Notes: a model not told the origin generated them from the sequence alone. Positions 35,157-46,894 are shown, counted from the stretch's first letter. The stretch: 64,000 bases of DNA from an uncultured Acidobacteriota bacterium (GCA_963796275.1 CAWCKY010000007.1:384001-448000), one strand, 5' to 3'. Numbers and translations: made by a program.

Positions 35157-36932
35157 TTAGTGTGAAATTTTCTTCGCCTGGGCTTCATCGAGCGATAACA
35201 TCTGATCCGCCGCTACATCCGTCAGCGTCTGCTGCCTGCCGCTGGGCCATATAATCTCCAGCTGTTTGATTTTGCGTTCGCTGCCGAGGCCGAAATAGAG
35301 GCGCAGGTCGCTGCTGCTCAGATAACTGCCTGCGCTGTATATCTCTTTGGTCTGCGTTTTGCCCCTCACTTCGACTTTGACGCGCGCGCCCACGCCGAAC
35401 GAATTGCTCTCTCTCCCGCGCGCTTTAATAGCGATCCAGTGATTCTTGTTGCCGCCGTCGTTTCGCATCAATATCGGCGGCTGGCCGCTATTTGAGACGA
35501 TGATGTCCAGGTCGCCGTCATTATCGAAATCGCCGGTCGCCGCGCCGCGCCCCACGTGTTTGATTTGAAAGGCCGGGCCGCTCTCTCCCGACACATCTCG
35601 AAAATTACCTCTCTCATTGGCGTAAAGCAGATCGGTCTGCATATATGAAAGGCGCTGATTATAAAGATGCACGTTGTCGATCACGTGTCCATTCGTCACA
35701 TAGATATCGACGTCTCCATCGTTGTCGAAATCGAAGAGTCTCGTCCCGAATCCCAGCGGCAACAGCCCTGAACCGAGGCCGGCCCGCTCGCTCACTTCTT
35801 CAAAAGTGAAATCGCCCTTGTTGCGAAATAACGCATTCAATTCCTCGGAGAAGTTGGTCACGAATATATCGAGCAGCCCGTCGCCATCGTAGTCAGCGAA
35901 TTCCGTTCCCATTCCGGCCCGCGGATTTCCATTCGGGTCATATCCGACCCCGGCGCTATAGGTCAGGTCAGCGAACGTTCCGTCTCCGTTGTTCCGGTAC
36001 AGAAAGTTCCGCACCAGATCGTTGGCGACGAAAATATCCGGCAACCCGTCATTATCGAAATCGCCGAAAGTTACGCCCAATCCCTTGCCGGCGGGATTCG
36101 CGATATCTGCTTGTCGGGAGACATCGGTGAACGTTCCGTCCCCGTTGTTTCGATAGAGCAGATCAGCCACTCCATCGAAGCCGCGCGGATCGCAGTACAT
36201 GCGATGGCCCGGCTTTCGATATCCGCAATAGGTATTCTCCTTAATGTCGTAATCCATATACCTGACGATGTAGAGGTCGAGGTCTCCGTCCCGGTCATAG
36301 TCGAAGAACCCGGCGCTGCTACTCCAGCCAAGACCTTTGACACCGGCCTTCGCCGTCACATCGCTGAACGTCCCGTTCCTCTTATTGCGATAGAGCGCGT
36401 TCGCACCGTAGCCCGCGACATACAAATCGAGGTATCCGTCGTTATCGTAATCACCCACGGCAACGCCCGTGCTATAACCGCCGTTGCCGGTCAGACCGGC
36501 CGTTTTAGTTACATCGACAAATGTCTCCTTGCCTGTATTGCGCAGGAGGGAATTGCCAGGTGATGACTTGCCTGCATGCAGGTTGGCGCCGTTCGCAAAG
36601 AAGAGATCGAGAAATCCATCATTGTCGTAATCCAACCAGGCGACGCCCGAACCGAATGTTTCGATCATCAGCTTCTCGGCCGAAGCTCCGTTTTCGTGTT
36701 TGAAGGCGATATTGGATGATTGGGTTACGTCTATAAAAGTAACAAGTTGATTCTTATTGAGGGGGTGGCCGGTAAAAACTACTCCCAAAGAAAAAAGAAA
36801 CGTCAGGAATATACTGCTCTTGTAAATAAAAATGCTCCTTTGCAAATTCTCGGGAATCCAGCGGCCTCGCGCGACTGTTCGCCTCGGAATATCCTTGGCC
36901 AAAAACACGGCGCTGCATAGGCTTGCGCACAC
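35157..36932 (-). CDS. CRTAC1-family protein (FG-GAP/VCBS repeats plus ASPIC-UnbV domain)
   Basis: Repeated DYDNDGxLD motifs, GRGAATGDFDNDGDLD, GVGARVKV, SYLSSSDLRLYFGLG, IIWPSG; exact start uncertain. Confidence 0.9.
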   Translation of the reverse strand: MCASLCSAVFLAKDIPRRTVARGRWIPENLQRSIFIYKSSIFLTFLFSLGVVFTGHPLNKNQLVTFIDVTQSSNIAFKHENGASAEKLMIETFGSGVAWLDYDNDGFLDLFFANGANLHAGKSSPGNSLLRNTGKETFVDVTKTAGLTGNGGYSTGVAVGDYDNDGYLDLYVAGYGANALYRNKRNGTFSDVTAKAGVKGLGWSSSAGFFDYDRDGDLDLYIVRYMDYDIKENTYCGYRKPGHRMYCDPRGFDGVADLLYRNNGDGTFTDVSRQADIANPAGKGLGVTFGDFDNDGLPDIFVANDLVRNFLYRNNGDGTFADLTYSAGVGYDPNGNPRAGMGTEFADYDGDGLLDIFVTNFSEELNALFRNKGDFTFEEVSERAGLGSGLLPLGFGTRLFDFDNDGDVDIYVTNGHVIDNVHLYNQRLSYMQTDLLYANERGNFRDVSGESGPAFQIKHVGRGAATGDFDNDGDLDIIVSNSGQPPILMRNDGGNKNHWIAIKARGRESNSFGVGARVKVEVRGKTQTKEIYSAGSYLSSSDLRLYFGLGSERKIKQLEIIWPSGRQQTLTDVAADQMLSLDEAQAKKISH

Positions 36933-37061
36933 CGAGGGATTTGCATTCTTTCATGATGGCGTTATGAATTCTTGCGATGTCGGGCAGGGTCTCCAACCTG
37001 CTTTGTCTCCGAGATTTCAGGGCAGGTTCGAGAACCGGCCCAATATCCCAATATATTGTTA

Positions 37062-40000
37062 TCAGAACTCAAGGCGTATCGTCATATTCATCTGACGGAA
37101 GCCCTGTTTCTCCGGGTTGTAATAAGGGATCGTGGCTGTAAATTTGCCAGGATCCGCCGTGTTGATGTTGAGGTTCGGGTTACCGAAGTGCGGTGTGTTG
37201 AAGAGGTTCGAGATCGCCGTTGTGAAGCTCATCCGCCACCGTTCGGTGATGGGGAATCGCTTGGCCATGCTGAGATGGAACACTTTGATCCCTTGCCCTT
37301 CCAGAATGTTCACACCGCTGTTGCCGAACTGCCCGGCAGCGGGGATCTTAAATGCGGTCGGATCGAACCATTGCGTATAGCTCCGCTCATCGCCCGATTT
37401 ATTACCGTCGGCGATGCGATCGGGCAATCCGCCTGACGTGCCGGTGTTCGAAGGATCGGATCCCGAAAACGATGGCGAGAAGTAGGTGCCGGTTCCGAAA
37501 TAAGTGATCGTCTGCATATCCCATCCGCCGATGACCTGGTTGACGATGTCCGGCGCGCCGGAAAGGAACTGCCGCCCGTGCCCAAAAGGCAACCTCCAGT
37601 TTGTATTGATGACGAAGTAATGCCGGCGCGTATCGGCGTTACGCGCCCATTTGTCGGTCACGCTGTACGGGTTCTCGAGGTTGGCATAGTTATACATGTT
37701 GTTCGACCACGTCCAGGAAGCGTCGAACATGAACGAACCGATGCGCCTCTGTGCGCTCAGTTGCAGCGAATCATATTTTACCTTGCCGTCATCGCGCGTC
37801 ACCGTGACGTTGCGGAATTGCGGGAACGGCCGCAGCGAACTTACGAAGGTCGTCGTACTCGGCTGCGGCTTGTTGAGGTTGAGGTTGTAGTTGATCCCCG
37901 ATCCGCGCGAGCCTATATAGGAGATGCGAAAACCCATATCGCGCCACTCCTGCTCGACGCTCAAGTTGTATTGCCGGACCACGCCATTGTCGGTCCGCAT
38001 CGGATAGCCTTGAATGTCCTGACCGGGAATGGTGGAGTTCGTCGGGAACGGATTGGGGAAGAACAAGGTCGGTCCCCCGGTTGTCGTGTTGCGATAGGTC
38101 TCGCTGAATTGAAACGGACCGCTACCCAGCAATCGGGCGAAATAGCCGAAGACTTCTGTGTACTCGCCATAACCGCCGCGCACCACCATCTTATCGGTCA
38201 TACGATAAGCCGCCGCGAGGCGCGGGCGGAAGTTCCTCTTATCCGGTGTGGGCACCACGCCGCCTTCCACCACTCTGGTTGTGTTTTGCGGATATGCCGG
38301 ATTGACCTGCGAGAGCGTGCCGGGCGCCACGACCACATTCCCGGTTGATGGATCCCAGTTGAACATCAGCCCGTCCTTGAACGTCGGCGCCGAGTAATAG
38401 TCCCAGCGCAGGCCGAAGTCGAGCGTGAGCTTATCCGTGAACTTGAAGGTATCGCCCACAAAGATACCTACCTGTTTCTCGCTCGAGACGCGGTCCGGCA
38501 AAGGATTGAGCCGCGTGCTGGTGATCGGGATGCCGAGCAGAAAATCGGCGACCGCATTTCCGGTGAAGGTTCCGTCGAAGGTGAAATTGCCGTATGTGTC
38601 CGTCGGGATCTGAGGGTTGCGGTTCTGGAACTCTCGATACTCCCCGCCGAATTTCATGACATGCCTGCCCTTCGACCAGGTGAGAGTGTTCAGCCAGGTT
38701 CTGATGTAGTTGTCGTCGCGGACGTTGTCGAGGCCCCCGAGTTGTGTCTCCAACGTGCTCAACCCGGTGATGGCGATGCGCGGGAAGCCCTGCGTCTGAT
38801 AGCCGCCCTGGTTGGTCCCTTGCAATCCGATGGCGGCGAGGACTTCGTCGCCGGTTAACGGCTCGAACCCTTTCTCCGGCTCACCCGATCGCCGGTAATC
38901 GGTCTGCCAGCCGAAGGTGAACGTGTTGATCAAATTGGGAGAGAAGACGTGCGTGTCCGAGATAACGGTCTGCCTGTGGTCGCGGTCCTCAGTCCAGCCG
39001 AGAGCCGGCGTCGGCCGGGGCCGGATGTACGGCGTGATACGAGCGCTCCATCTGAAAAAGAGACTGTTCTTCTCCGACACCTTGTGGTCGATTCGGAGAA
39101 ACGGCCAATCGCCTTTATACAGATCGGAGTTATACGGGAAGATGTAGCCGTAGTTGTTGGTCAGCGTACTTGGGCCGCCGATGTTGGGGGCGGGGAAGTA
39201 AAGGTCCAATATCTTCTGCGATACCGGATTGATCCGGTCCAATGGGATAGTATTGTTGGCGAATGTTCCGCCTTGCGGGTCGCGCAGTGCAGCAGTCATG
39301 TTTCTGAAGTCGCCATTCCGCATATTTACGGTCGGGACGCTCGAAGTCACAAACGAGCCGAGCGGAAGGTTCTGACGAAACCAGCCGAAGTAGAAGAATG
39401 TTTTGTCCTTCCAGATGGGCCCGCTCGCTTCCGCGAAGAATTCGTGCTGGATGAATGGGGTCTTACGCCGGTTGGAATCGGCTTCGATGTAGGTCCGGCT
39501 GTTCAACCCTGAGTTGAAGTGCCGGTAAAAGGCGCCGCCATGGAACGCACTGGAGCCGCGTTTCGAGACCATATTGAAATTGGTCACGCGCGCGCTGTCA
39601 GAGCCGCTGAGCACCGTGGAGACCTGCACCGTCTCAAAGAAGTTGGGATTGTCGTTCTGGTCGCCCGTCGTGTCATTGGCGACACCGTCCATCGCCCACG
39701 TCTGCTGGTTCCGAGTTTGCCCCGAAATCATCAGGTTCCAGCCACTCCCCTGAATCCCGGGAACGGTGGTCAACATCGCAAGCGGCGATGGGTAGGTGTC
39801 GACTGCAGGTTGGTCCTTGAATTTTCTACTGTTTACCTCGCCGCCGATTCCTCCGCCCTCTGTCGTAATAACCGCGGCGCCTCCGTTAACCGTGACGGTT
39901 TCGCTCGCTTCCCCGACTTGCAGCGAGAAATCAATCCTCCTCGTCTGTCCTGCATCCATCAGGAGATTGTCGGCGACGTGACCGCGGAAGCCCGCCTTCT

Positions 40001-40307
40001 CGGCGTTCAGGCGATAACTGCCGAGCTTCAAGTCCGGTATCTCGAAATTTCCATTTCCATCAGTGGTGACAGTTCGGACTCTGATTTTGGTGGCCAGATC
40101 GGTAATCGTGATATTCACGCCGGGTATGGCGGCCCCCGTATCGTCAGTGACTGTTCCACGCAATACTGACAGCGCCGTCTGGGCCAGCAATGTTGTACTC
40201 CCGATTAACAACGGGAAGAGAAGTAACAATACGGTTACGCTAGAACATATCGTGCGTTTCAGATTCCCTCCGATGCCTCTAGCTGGGGCTTCCGTAACGT
40301 TTATCAT
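37062..40307 (-). CDS. Oar-like TonB-dependent receptor
   Basis: Signal peptide, LRGTVTDDTGAAIPG, FGLRWDY, NLFNTPHF, C-terminal IRLEF; ATG 40307 has a GGAG RBS (ORF extends to 40325). Confidence 0.9.
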   Translation of the reverse strand: MINVTEAPARGIGGNLKRTICSSVTVLLLLFPLLIGSTTLLAQTALSVLRGTVTDDTGAAIPGVNITITDLATKIRVRTVTTDGNGNFEIPDLKLGSYRLNAEKAGFRGHVADNLLMDAGQTRRIDFSLQVGEASETVTVNGGAAVITTEGGGIGGEVNSRKFKDQPAVDTYPSPLAMLTTVPGIQGSGWNLMISGQTRNQQTWAMDGVANDTTGDQNDNPNFFETVQVSTVLSGSDSARVTNFNMVSKRGSSAFHGGAFYRHFNSGLNSRTYIEADSNRRKTPFIQHEFFAEASGPIWKDKTFFYFGWFRQNLPLGSFVTSSVPTVNMRNGDFRNMTAALRDPQGGTFANNTIPLDRINPVSQKILDLYFPAPNIGGPSTLTNNYGYIFPYNSDLYKGDWPFLRIDHKVSEKNSLFFRWSARITPYIRPRPTPALGWTEDRDHRQTVISDTHVFSPNLINTFTFGWQTDYRRSGEPEKGFEPLTGDEVLAAIGLQGTNQGGYQTQGFPRIAITGLSTLETQLGGLDNVRDDNYIRTWLNTLTWSKGRHVMKFGGEYREFQNRNPQIPTDTYGNFTFDGTFTGNAVADFLLGIPITSTRLNPLPDRVSSEKQVGIFVGDTFKFTDKLTLDFGLRWDYYSAPTFKDGLMFNWDPSTGNVVVAPGTLSQVNPAYPQNTTRVVEGGVVPTPDKRNFRPRLAAAYRMTDKMVVRGGYGEYTEVFGYFARLLGSGPFQFSETYRNTTTGGPTLFFPNPFPTNSTIPGQDIQGYPMRTDNGVVRQYNLSVEQEWRDMGFRISYIGSRGSGINYNLNLNKPQPSTTTFVSSLRPFPQFRNVTVTRDDGKVKYDSLQLSAQRRIGSFMFDASWTWSNNMYNYANLENPYSVTDKWARNADTRRHYFVINTNWRLPFGHGRQFLSGAPDIVNQVIGGWDMQTITYFGTGTYFSPSFSGSDPSNTGTSGGLPDRIADGNKSGDERSYTQWFDPTAFKIPAAGQFGNSGVNILEGQGIKVFHLSMAKRFPITERWRMSFTTAISNLFNTPHFGNPNLNINTADPGKFTATIPYYNPEKQGFRQMNMTIRLEF

Positions 40308-40742
40308 AGATAAATACCGCTCCAATTTCTGTTTCTGTCAAATCTCGGATCGATCAAAGCGAATAGGCTATATGGTCCGACTGAAAATTGACTTTAATTA
40401 ACAGCAAAATTTCAGTTGATGAAGGTTATTCAATTTTCGGTAAATTAGACGGAAGCAGAACAAATCTTCCGGAATCGCGATTATGATTTCGCAGTTTATA
40501 AGTGAACCCAACAAAGCATCTCATACGGGGACCAATAGAAGCCGAGCGATTGTCTACTGTATTTATTAGACCGTCAAGTAAACCGGTAGGGAATTTCCCT
40601 GAAACGTGAGTGAAATTAAATTATAATTGATCATACGGAAGGGTCTTGGGAAGGTGGCGAGGGGTGGCGGTTAGAAACCTGGAAGACAGAAACGGACAGA
40701 GAGGTTCTGCTGGCGAATTCAGAAAATGAAATTATCGGCTCT

Positions 40743-40839
40743 AAGCTCCGGAGCGGTATAGGTGTTCAGATGTCGCTCCTCTGGAGCTTGCGATGAACAT
40801 TATCATCTAAGCTATAAACATCGGGCTCCTCCGGAGCTA
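40743..40839. repeat. REP-like cluster of GCTCC(T)CyGGAGCT palindromic units
   Basis: AAGCTCCGGAGCG, GTCGCTCCTCTGGAGCTT, GGCTCCTCCGGAGCT. Confidence 0.55.
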
Positions 40840-40908
40840 ACCAGAAACTACTGATAACAATCAACTTTAATTTGCACAGTCCTCAATTAACGGAGGTATT
40901 AAATAATC

Positions 40909-41397
40909 TTGGGAAGAACAATAACTAAAATAGGAGATGTGTTTTCTGTAAAGCTAGATGATAATAGGAAGAAATATTTCCAATATGTAGCTAATGACCT
41001 TACTCAATTGAATAGTGATGTAATCAGAGCTTTCAAAAAGACATACTCCATCAATCCAAACCCTGATTTATCGGAAATTGTTACAGATGAAGTAGAGTTT
41101 TATGCCCACTGTGTAACAAAGTGGGGCATTAAATTAGGCTTGTGGGAAAGAGTCGGTAATATTGCAAATGTAGGAAAAGTGGAGGTCGTTTTTAGAGATA
41201 GTGAAGACTATGGAAACCCGGAGATAAAAGTTTCTTACGGTTGGTGGATATGGAAAATCAATGAAGAACAAAAGAGAGTCGGGAAATTATAATGTGAAAA
41301 TCAACAAGCAGAAATCGGAGTTGTCGTCGCACCCCATAATATAGTGCACAGAATGCAAACAGGTAAGTATGATTTTGTATATCCAGATTATCAATAA
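40909..41397 (+). pseudogene. Polymorphic-toxin immunity-like protein (Imm26-like), premature in-frame TAA at 41290
   Basis: KIGDVFSVKLD..KKYFQY..D..QLNSDVIRAF; reading continues in frame after the stop: CENQQAEIGVVVAPHNIVHRMQTGKYDFVYPDYQ*; markedly AT-rich. Confidence 0.6.
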
Positions 41398-41561
41398 TAG
41401 ATGGTCTACTTGTTCTAAGTTGTGGGTTATCAACATCCTTGTGCCATAGTAAGGCAAAGCATTAGCTTTGCCGATTAACCGACAATCTAACCGGACATGG
41501 AAGAAGATAGCGACGAGTACCTTCATACTTGGAGTCAGTAGGCAGAAAAAGGGAGCTGAAA

Positions 41562-41621
41562 ATGTCAGAACACGCAGTAATCGTTCATTTCGATTATGGT
41601 TCCACCAACCTAGACCCTTGA
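41562..41621 (+). pseudogene. Short N-terminal gene fragment (MSEHAVIVHFDYGSTNLDP*)
   Basis: GGGAG RBS and a protein-like start, truncated after 19 codons. Confidence 0.35.
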
Positions 41622-41685
41622 TGCTGACATCTTAAAGCGCTATCTAAACAGGTAGCGATAACATCTGACAAATCCCACGAAGGTC

Positions 41686-41765
41686 GTCGGGTAAGAGAGT
41701 GACGCTGCCTCCACTCCCTACCATGAGAACCGATCGGGCCAGTTTCCCGGCAATCAGCTCAAGCC
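41686..41765 (-). mobile_element. Group II intron 3' remnant (domains V and VI), no RT ORF
   Basis: Minus strand GAGCTGATTGCCGG-GAAA-CTGGCCCGATCGGTTC (AGC triad, GNRA loop, 2-nt bulge) followed by a DVI hairpin ending CTTACCCGAC. Confidence 0.75.
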
Positions 41766-42081
41766 AAGCCTTTCCAACGCCTTTATAGAATAAACGCGGT
41801 TTCACAATCACCAATTTCTGGCTATTTCATACACAATTGCGAATTGTTGTAGCCCTTGCTTCGATCCTCTGATCGACATCAGTCCATCATCGAGAAAATC
41901 TAAACCATATTGGGTCTCGAAGGGGAGACACAGGAGATGAGGCTAACGATGAAATGATCGCAGTGATGCATCGAGCGCCAGTCAGGTTTCTCACCTGAGC
42001 AGAGGCAGGGAAGGTGAGAGCAAGTTTGGGACAGATGAAAAGGTGGGTTTGCATCCTATGGTCATTTCATGTACTTTGTGT

Positions 42082-42109
42082 GAGACTGATAATGCGTCTT
42101 ATGTAACTG
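42082..42109 (+). other. dif-like (XerC/XerD) recombination site candidate
   Basis: GAGACTGATAA-TGCGTC-TTATGTAACTG matches the 11-6-11 dif architecture (..ATAA-N6-TTATGT..). Confidence 0.5.
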
Positions 42110-42739
42110 ATCTATGCAACATAGCTGGTTACCGCGCGAGACTCTGAGTATGCAAGCAGGGTAATAATTAGATTTTAACGCAATTTATCTCGTAATTATG
42201 CCTCAGCTCTAACCGCGTTTTAACATGTCCATGATACCTTTAATAACAGCGCTTTGATGTCCCCCCCCACGTTCACAAATTTCAGTATTTTCAAGCATAC
42301 GCAACATCAACTTACGGAGGAAACCTTGTTTATTCCAATAAAATGTGGTGGATTCAATCGTTAGCTCGACTTCAGCCAAGTTTCGAAACGGAAGCATTTA
42401 AGTGCAAGCGAGCGTATGATTTTATCACGGCTCGATCGGATTGAGATAGGCGGACATGCCTCGATTGAAAGACGAACTCCCAATCTGAACGTTTTGCAGA
42501 TGACATCAAATTATAGAAAATGTAGTTTCCAGATTACATGGGTTGGTCGTGCCCTACAGGTACTGCGTCCAGTTGTGATTGCAGAAAAGTTGCACATTAT
42601 TCAAGTAACTATAAAGGCGCGAAAGCCTTTAATGAATTACTTCAAATGGAAGATAGTCAATCTCGGTCCTTCTCTACTTTGGCTTGCAATGAACTAAGGG
42701 AGGGACAGAAACGAATCGAAAATAAGGAGGCTCAGGATT

Positions 42740-43345
42740 ATGAGTTGGTACGATCCAGACAAAGAAGATACTACCATTTACAAAGTCGTCGTAAACCATG
42801 AGGAGCAATATTCGATCTGGCCTGAATACAAAGAGGATCCGCTTGGTTGGACGGAGGTCGGGAAGGCTGGGTCGAAAGCGGAATGTCTGGCTTATATCAA
42901 TGAAGTGTGGACGGATATGCGGCCTCTCAGTCTTAGAAAAAAGATGGATGAAATTGCTAAAAATCCGCCGCCTCCTCCTCCACCGCCCGATCCGAACAAG
43001 CCGCGGGAAAAGGGTCTCCTCGACAGACTTTGTGAAGGCGACCATCCAGTCGAAGTTAGTTTACGCCCTGAGAAGACAGTGAGGCTCTTCAAGGAAGCGA
43101 TCGATCGCGATTATGTGCATATTAAATTCACCAAGACTAAGGGCGGCACCGAACTGGGTGTTAGGTTGGATCGTGACGATTGTGACTTCACCAAAGCTGA
43201 TTTCGAGAACGGGAGTGGAACGGTTCGTCTCGAGGGAGGACTGACGCTGGATTATGTGAAGGTCAAGTGCATCGCCGATCTGGCTCTTGCAACACTCGAA
43301 GGAACTGGCCATCTTGTAAGGGTTGAGGCGAGTGGGGAGAGTTGA
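42740..43345 (+). CDS. MbtH-like protein fused via a polyproline linker to an uncharacterised C-terminal domain
   Basis: RBS AAGGAGG; [34 protein letters not shown], then PPPPPPP and ~115 further aa. Confidence 0.9.
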   Translation: MSWYDPDKEDTTIYKVVVNHEEQYSIWPEYKEDPLGWTEVGKAGSKAECLAYINEVWTDMRPLSLRKKMDEIAKNPPPPPPPPDPNKPREKGLLDRLCEGDHPVEVSLRPEKTVRLFKEAIDRDYVHIKFTKTKGGTELGVRLDRDDCDFTKADFENGSGTVRLEGGLTLDYVKVKCIADLALATLEGTGHLVRVEASGES

Positions 43346-44313
43346 AGTCGAAAAGGAAAGTTATAGGCTCATTGGGAATTCGCGTGGTAAACCCAAGATA
43401 TAGTGGTCTTGAAACAAAAAAATTATGGTAAGCTTCTGCTCCCCCTCCAAAATCGATAAATTGTCAGGGCTCACGACATCGTGTACTGATTCTTATTGAA
43501 AAAAAGCTCAGGACATCGTGGACTCTGAGAAAAAATTTGAAAATTTGTCAGGAGAAATCGCTAGAAAGCCCTAGTGACAGGCTCTCCAGCGCTTTCTCGG
43601 CATGACTATCCTGGGAATCTTCGTAATTTTATACAGATACTACAAATGCTAATTGATATCTTAATCGGAACATAGTAAGCTTAGATAGGTAGTTATTGCT
43701 TAATACAATATATAAAATAAATACCATTCAAGTAATTTCTTCGGCTTTTGCTTCGTATCATCGCTCTTAATATTGTAAGTATGCGAAAACAAACAAGCTG
43801 CCACTTTAAGGTTCTCACTATGCGATGTCATTTCCCACCACCCCCCTACATCGCTATGATCATCGACATCTTTAGTTGTAAGTTATCCCCCCTTCAAGAA
43901 AAAATAAATCAGCATAAGGCTCTAGTGAATAGCAGCGCATCAATGACACTTTCATTGTGACAACCGGAATGTTAGTGGACATAAGTAATGCCATTTCCCA
44001 AGTCCCACTGATTATTTCCCCCATAAACTGAAATTACAGAAGGTTAGCCACTGGTTCGACCAGTGAGGCTAGAAAAGCTTTGAGCGTTCCAGGAGTTTAG
44101 TACCTTCTCTTTCGGAGATTGGTGAGCCAAATCCAAAGGGGAATTTAATGAACAAGAACCATCAAAGCTTGTCCCATTCTAGGTGGATTTACGTGTAACA
44201 GACTTTTTTTCAAGAGAAATGCGACGGGAGACTGTGTGAACTGGGTTCGGGTTTCTTCAAGATCGGCATTCACGGGCGGCAAGTCTCCTCTGTTAGAACA
44301 TCCGGAATAACCT

Positions 44314-45427
<1,114 letters not shown>

Positions 45428-45472
45428 CGAGTGCCGGCGCGATATCAGCATTTATTATCGGCGGATCGGGAT

Positions 45473-46678
45473 ATGTCAAATACTTCAAGGTGGTCGACGG
45501 AAGAGATAGAGCTGGCCGGCTGGGCGCGAGCCATCAAGCCATCTGATCTACAGGAGATGCTCTTTGCGACGGCGGGGCCCGGGATCATCTCTTTCGCTCT
45601 GGGATTGCCTGCCCCCGAGCTATTTCCACGCGAAGCGCTGCTACGCGCCGCCGCCTCTGTGCTGGAGGATGACGTGCGTTCACTACAGTATGGGCCACCG
45701 TCTCCTCGATTGAAGCAGCAGATTGTGAGAGTGATGGAGCGACGCGGAGTTACATGTCATGAAGGGCAAATCTTCTTGACTGCCGGGGCGCAGCAGGGAA
45801 TGAACCTGCTGACGCGGTTGCTCCTTGAACCGGCCGGACAGGTGCTCGCTGAAGAGACGATCTATACCGGGTTTCAACAAGTGCTTGAGCCCTATCAGCC
45901 CCATCTGCTGACTGTCAGCACCGATCCCGAAACCGGCATGGATGTTTCCGGCGTCGAATCGATTTTAGCGCGAGGTGTTCGCCCGGCCTTCATCTACGCG
46001 ATCAGTGATGGGCATAATCCTTTGAGTGTCAGCCTCAGCTTGTCAAAGCGAAAACGCCTCGCCGAACTCGCGCGAGAGTACCGGATTCCGATCATGGAGG
46101 ATGATGCTTATGGATTCCTCTACTATCACGAGACGCCTCTTCCTCCGCTCCGGGCCTTCGACGATCAATGGGTCTTTTACATCGGATCATTCTCCAAGAT
46201 CTTGGCACCCGGGCTGCGGAGTGGATGGATTGTTCTGCCTGAGCTACTGGTATCGAAGCTCTCGATCGTGAAAGAGGCCAGCGATATTGACACCACAACC
46301 TTCGCACAGCGAGCGGTAGCGGAGTTGCTTGAAACGGAGGATTTCAATGGGCATCTGGTCCGACTGCGCCGAGAATACAAGACGCGGCGCGATACGATGC
46401 TTCGCTCACTGCGCGACCATTTTCCTACCGCCGCGCGGTGGATGATTCCGGAGTCTGGGGCCTTCATCTGGGTGGAATTGCCACCGGAAATCGACGCCTC
46501 AGCATTGCTCAAGATTGCGATCGAAAAAGAGCGAGTCGCTTTTATTCCGGGCCAAGCTTTCTGCGTGAATGGACATTCCCGGGTGACTAGTTGTCTGCGA
46601 TTGAACTTCTCCAACAGCCCGCCTGGAATGATAGAGGAGGGAATCCAGCGCCTCGCTCGAGCTGTCAGATCGTTATGA
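45473..46678 (+). CDS. PLP-dependent aminotransferase, class I/II
   Basis: ISFALGLP, TAGAQQG, EDDAYG, GSFSKILAPGLRSGW (PLP lysine), CLRLNFS. Confidence 0.9.
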   Translation: MSNTSRWSTEEIELAGWARAIKPSDLQEMLFATAGPGIISFALGLPAPELFPREALLRAAASVLEDDVRSLQYGPPSPRLKQQIVRVMERRGVTCHEGQIFLTAGAQQGMNLLTRLLLEPAGQVLAEETIYTGFQQVLEPYQPHLLTVSTDPETGMDVSGVESILARGVRPAFIYAISDGHNPLSVSLSLSKRKRLAELAREYRIPIMEDDAYGFLYYHETPLPPLRAFDDQWVFYIGSFSKILAPGLRSGWIVLPELLVSKLSIVKEASDIDTTTFAQRAVAELLETEDFNGHLVRLRREYKTRRDTMLRSLRDHFPTAARWMIPESGAFIWVELPPEIDASALLKIAIEKERVAFIPGQAFCVNGHSRVTSCLRLNFSNSPPGMIEEGIQRLARAVRSL

Positions 46679-46894
46679 CCTGAATCGGCCGTCGTTGAAC
46701 TCCCTGAGCCGAAAATTGTTTTGAGATAGTTACTTAATGCTATACCGCGTAATTGACAAAGTCGAGCTTAGTTGTTCTGGGCTGGGGTAAATAGAGTCAG
46801 TGTGCATGAGTCCTCGCTTTATTCCGTGCAGCGCACTCTCCCGAGAACTTCTTCGAGCTCTTCACCTTCCGATACAGGAGATCAGTTTCTCATT

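Noticed and set aside
42209-42697. Short ORFs and a poly-C tract upstream of the MbtH gene
   Set aside because: No motifs or clear RBS, and no evidence that the C-run lies in a phase-variable gene or promoter
44270-44290. GGGCGGCAAG as an ops/JUMPstart antitermination element
   Set aside because: Only a partial match to GGCGGTAG, and no NusG paralog is in the window
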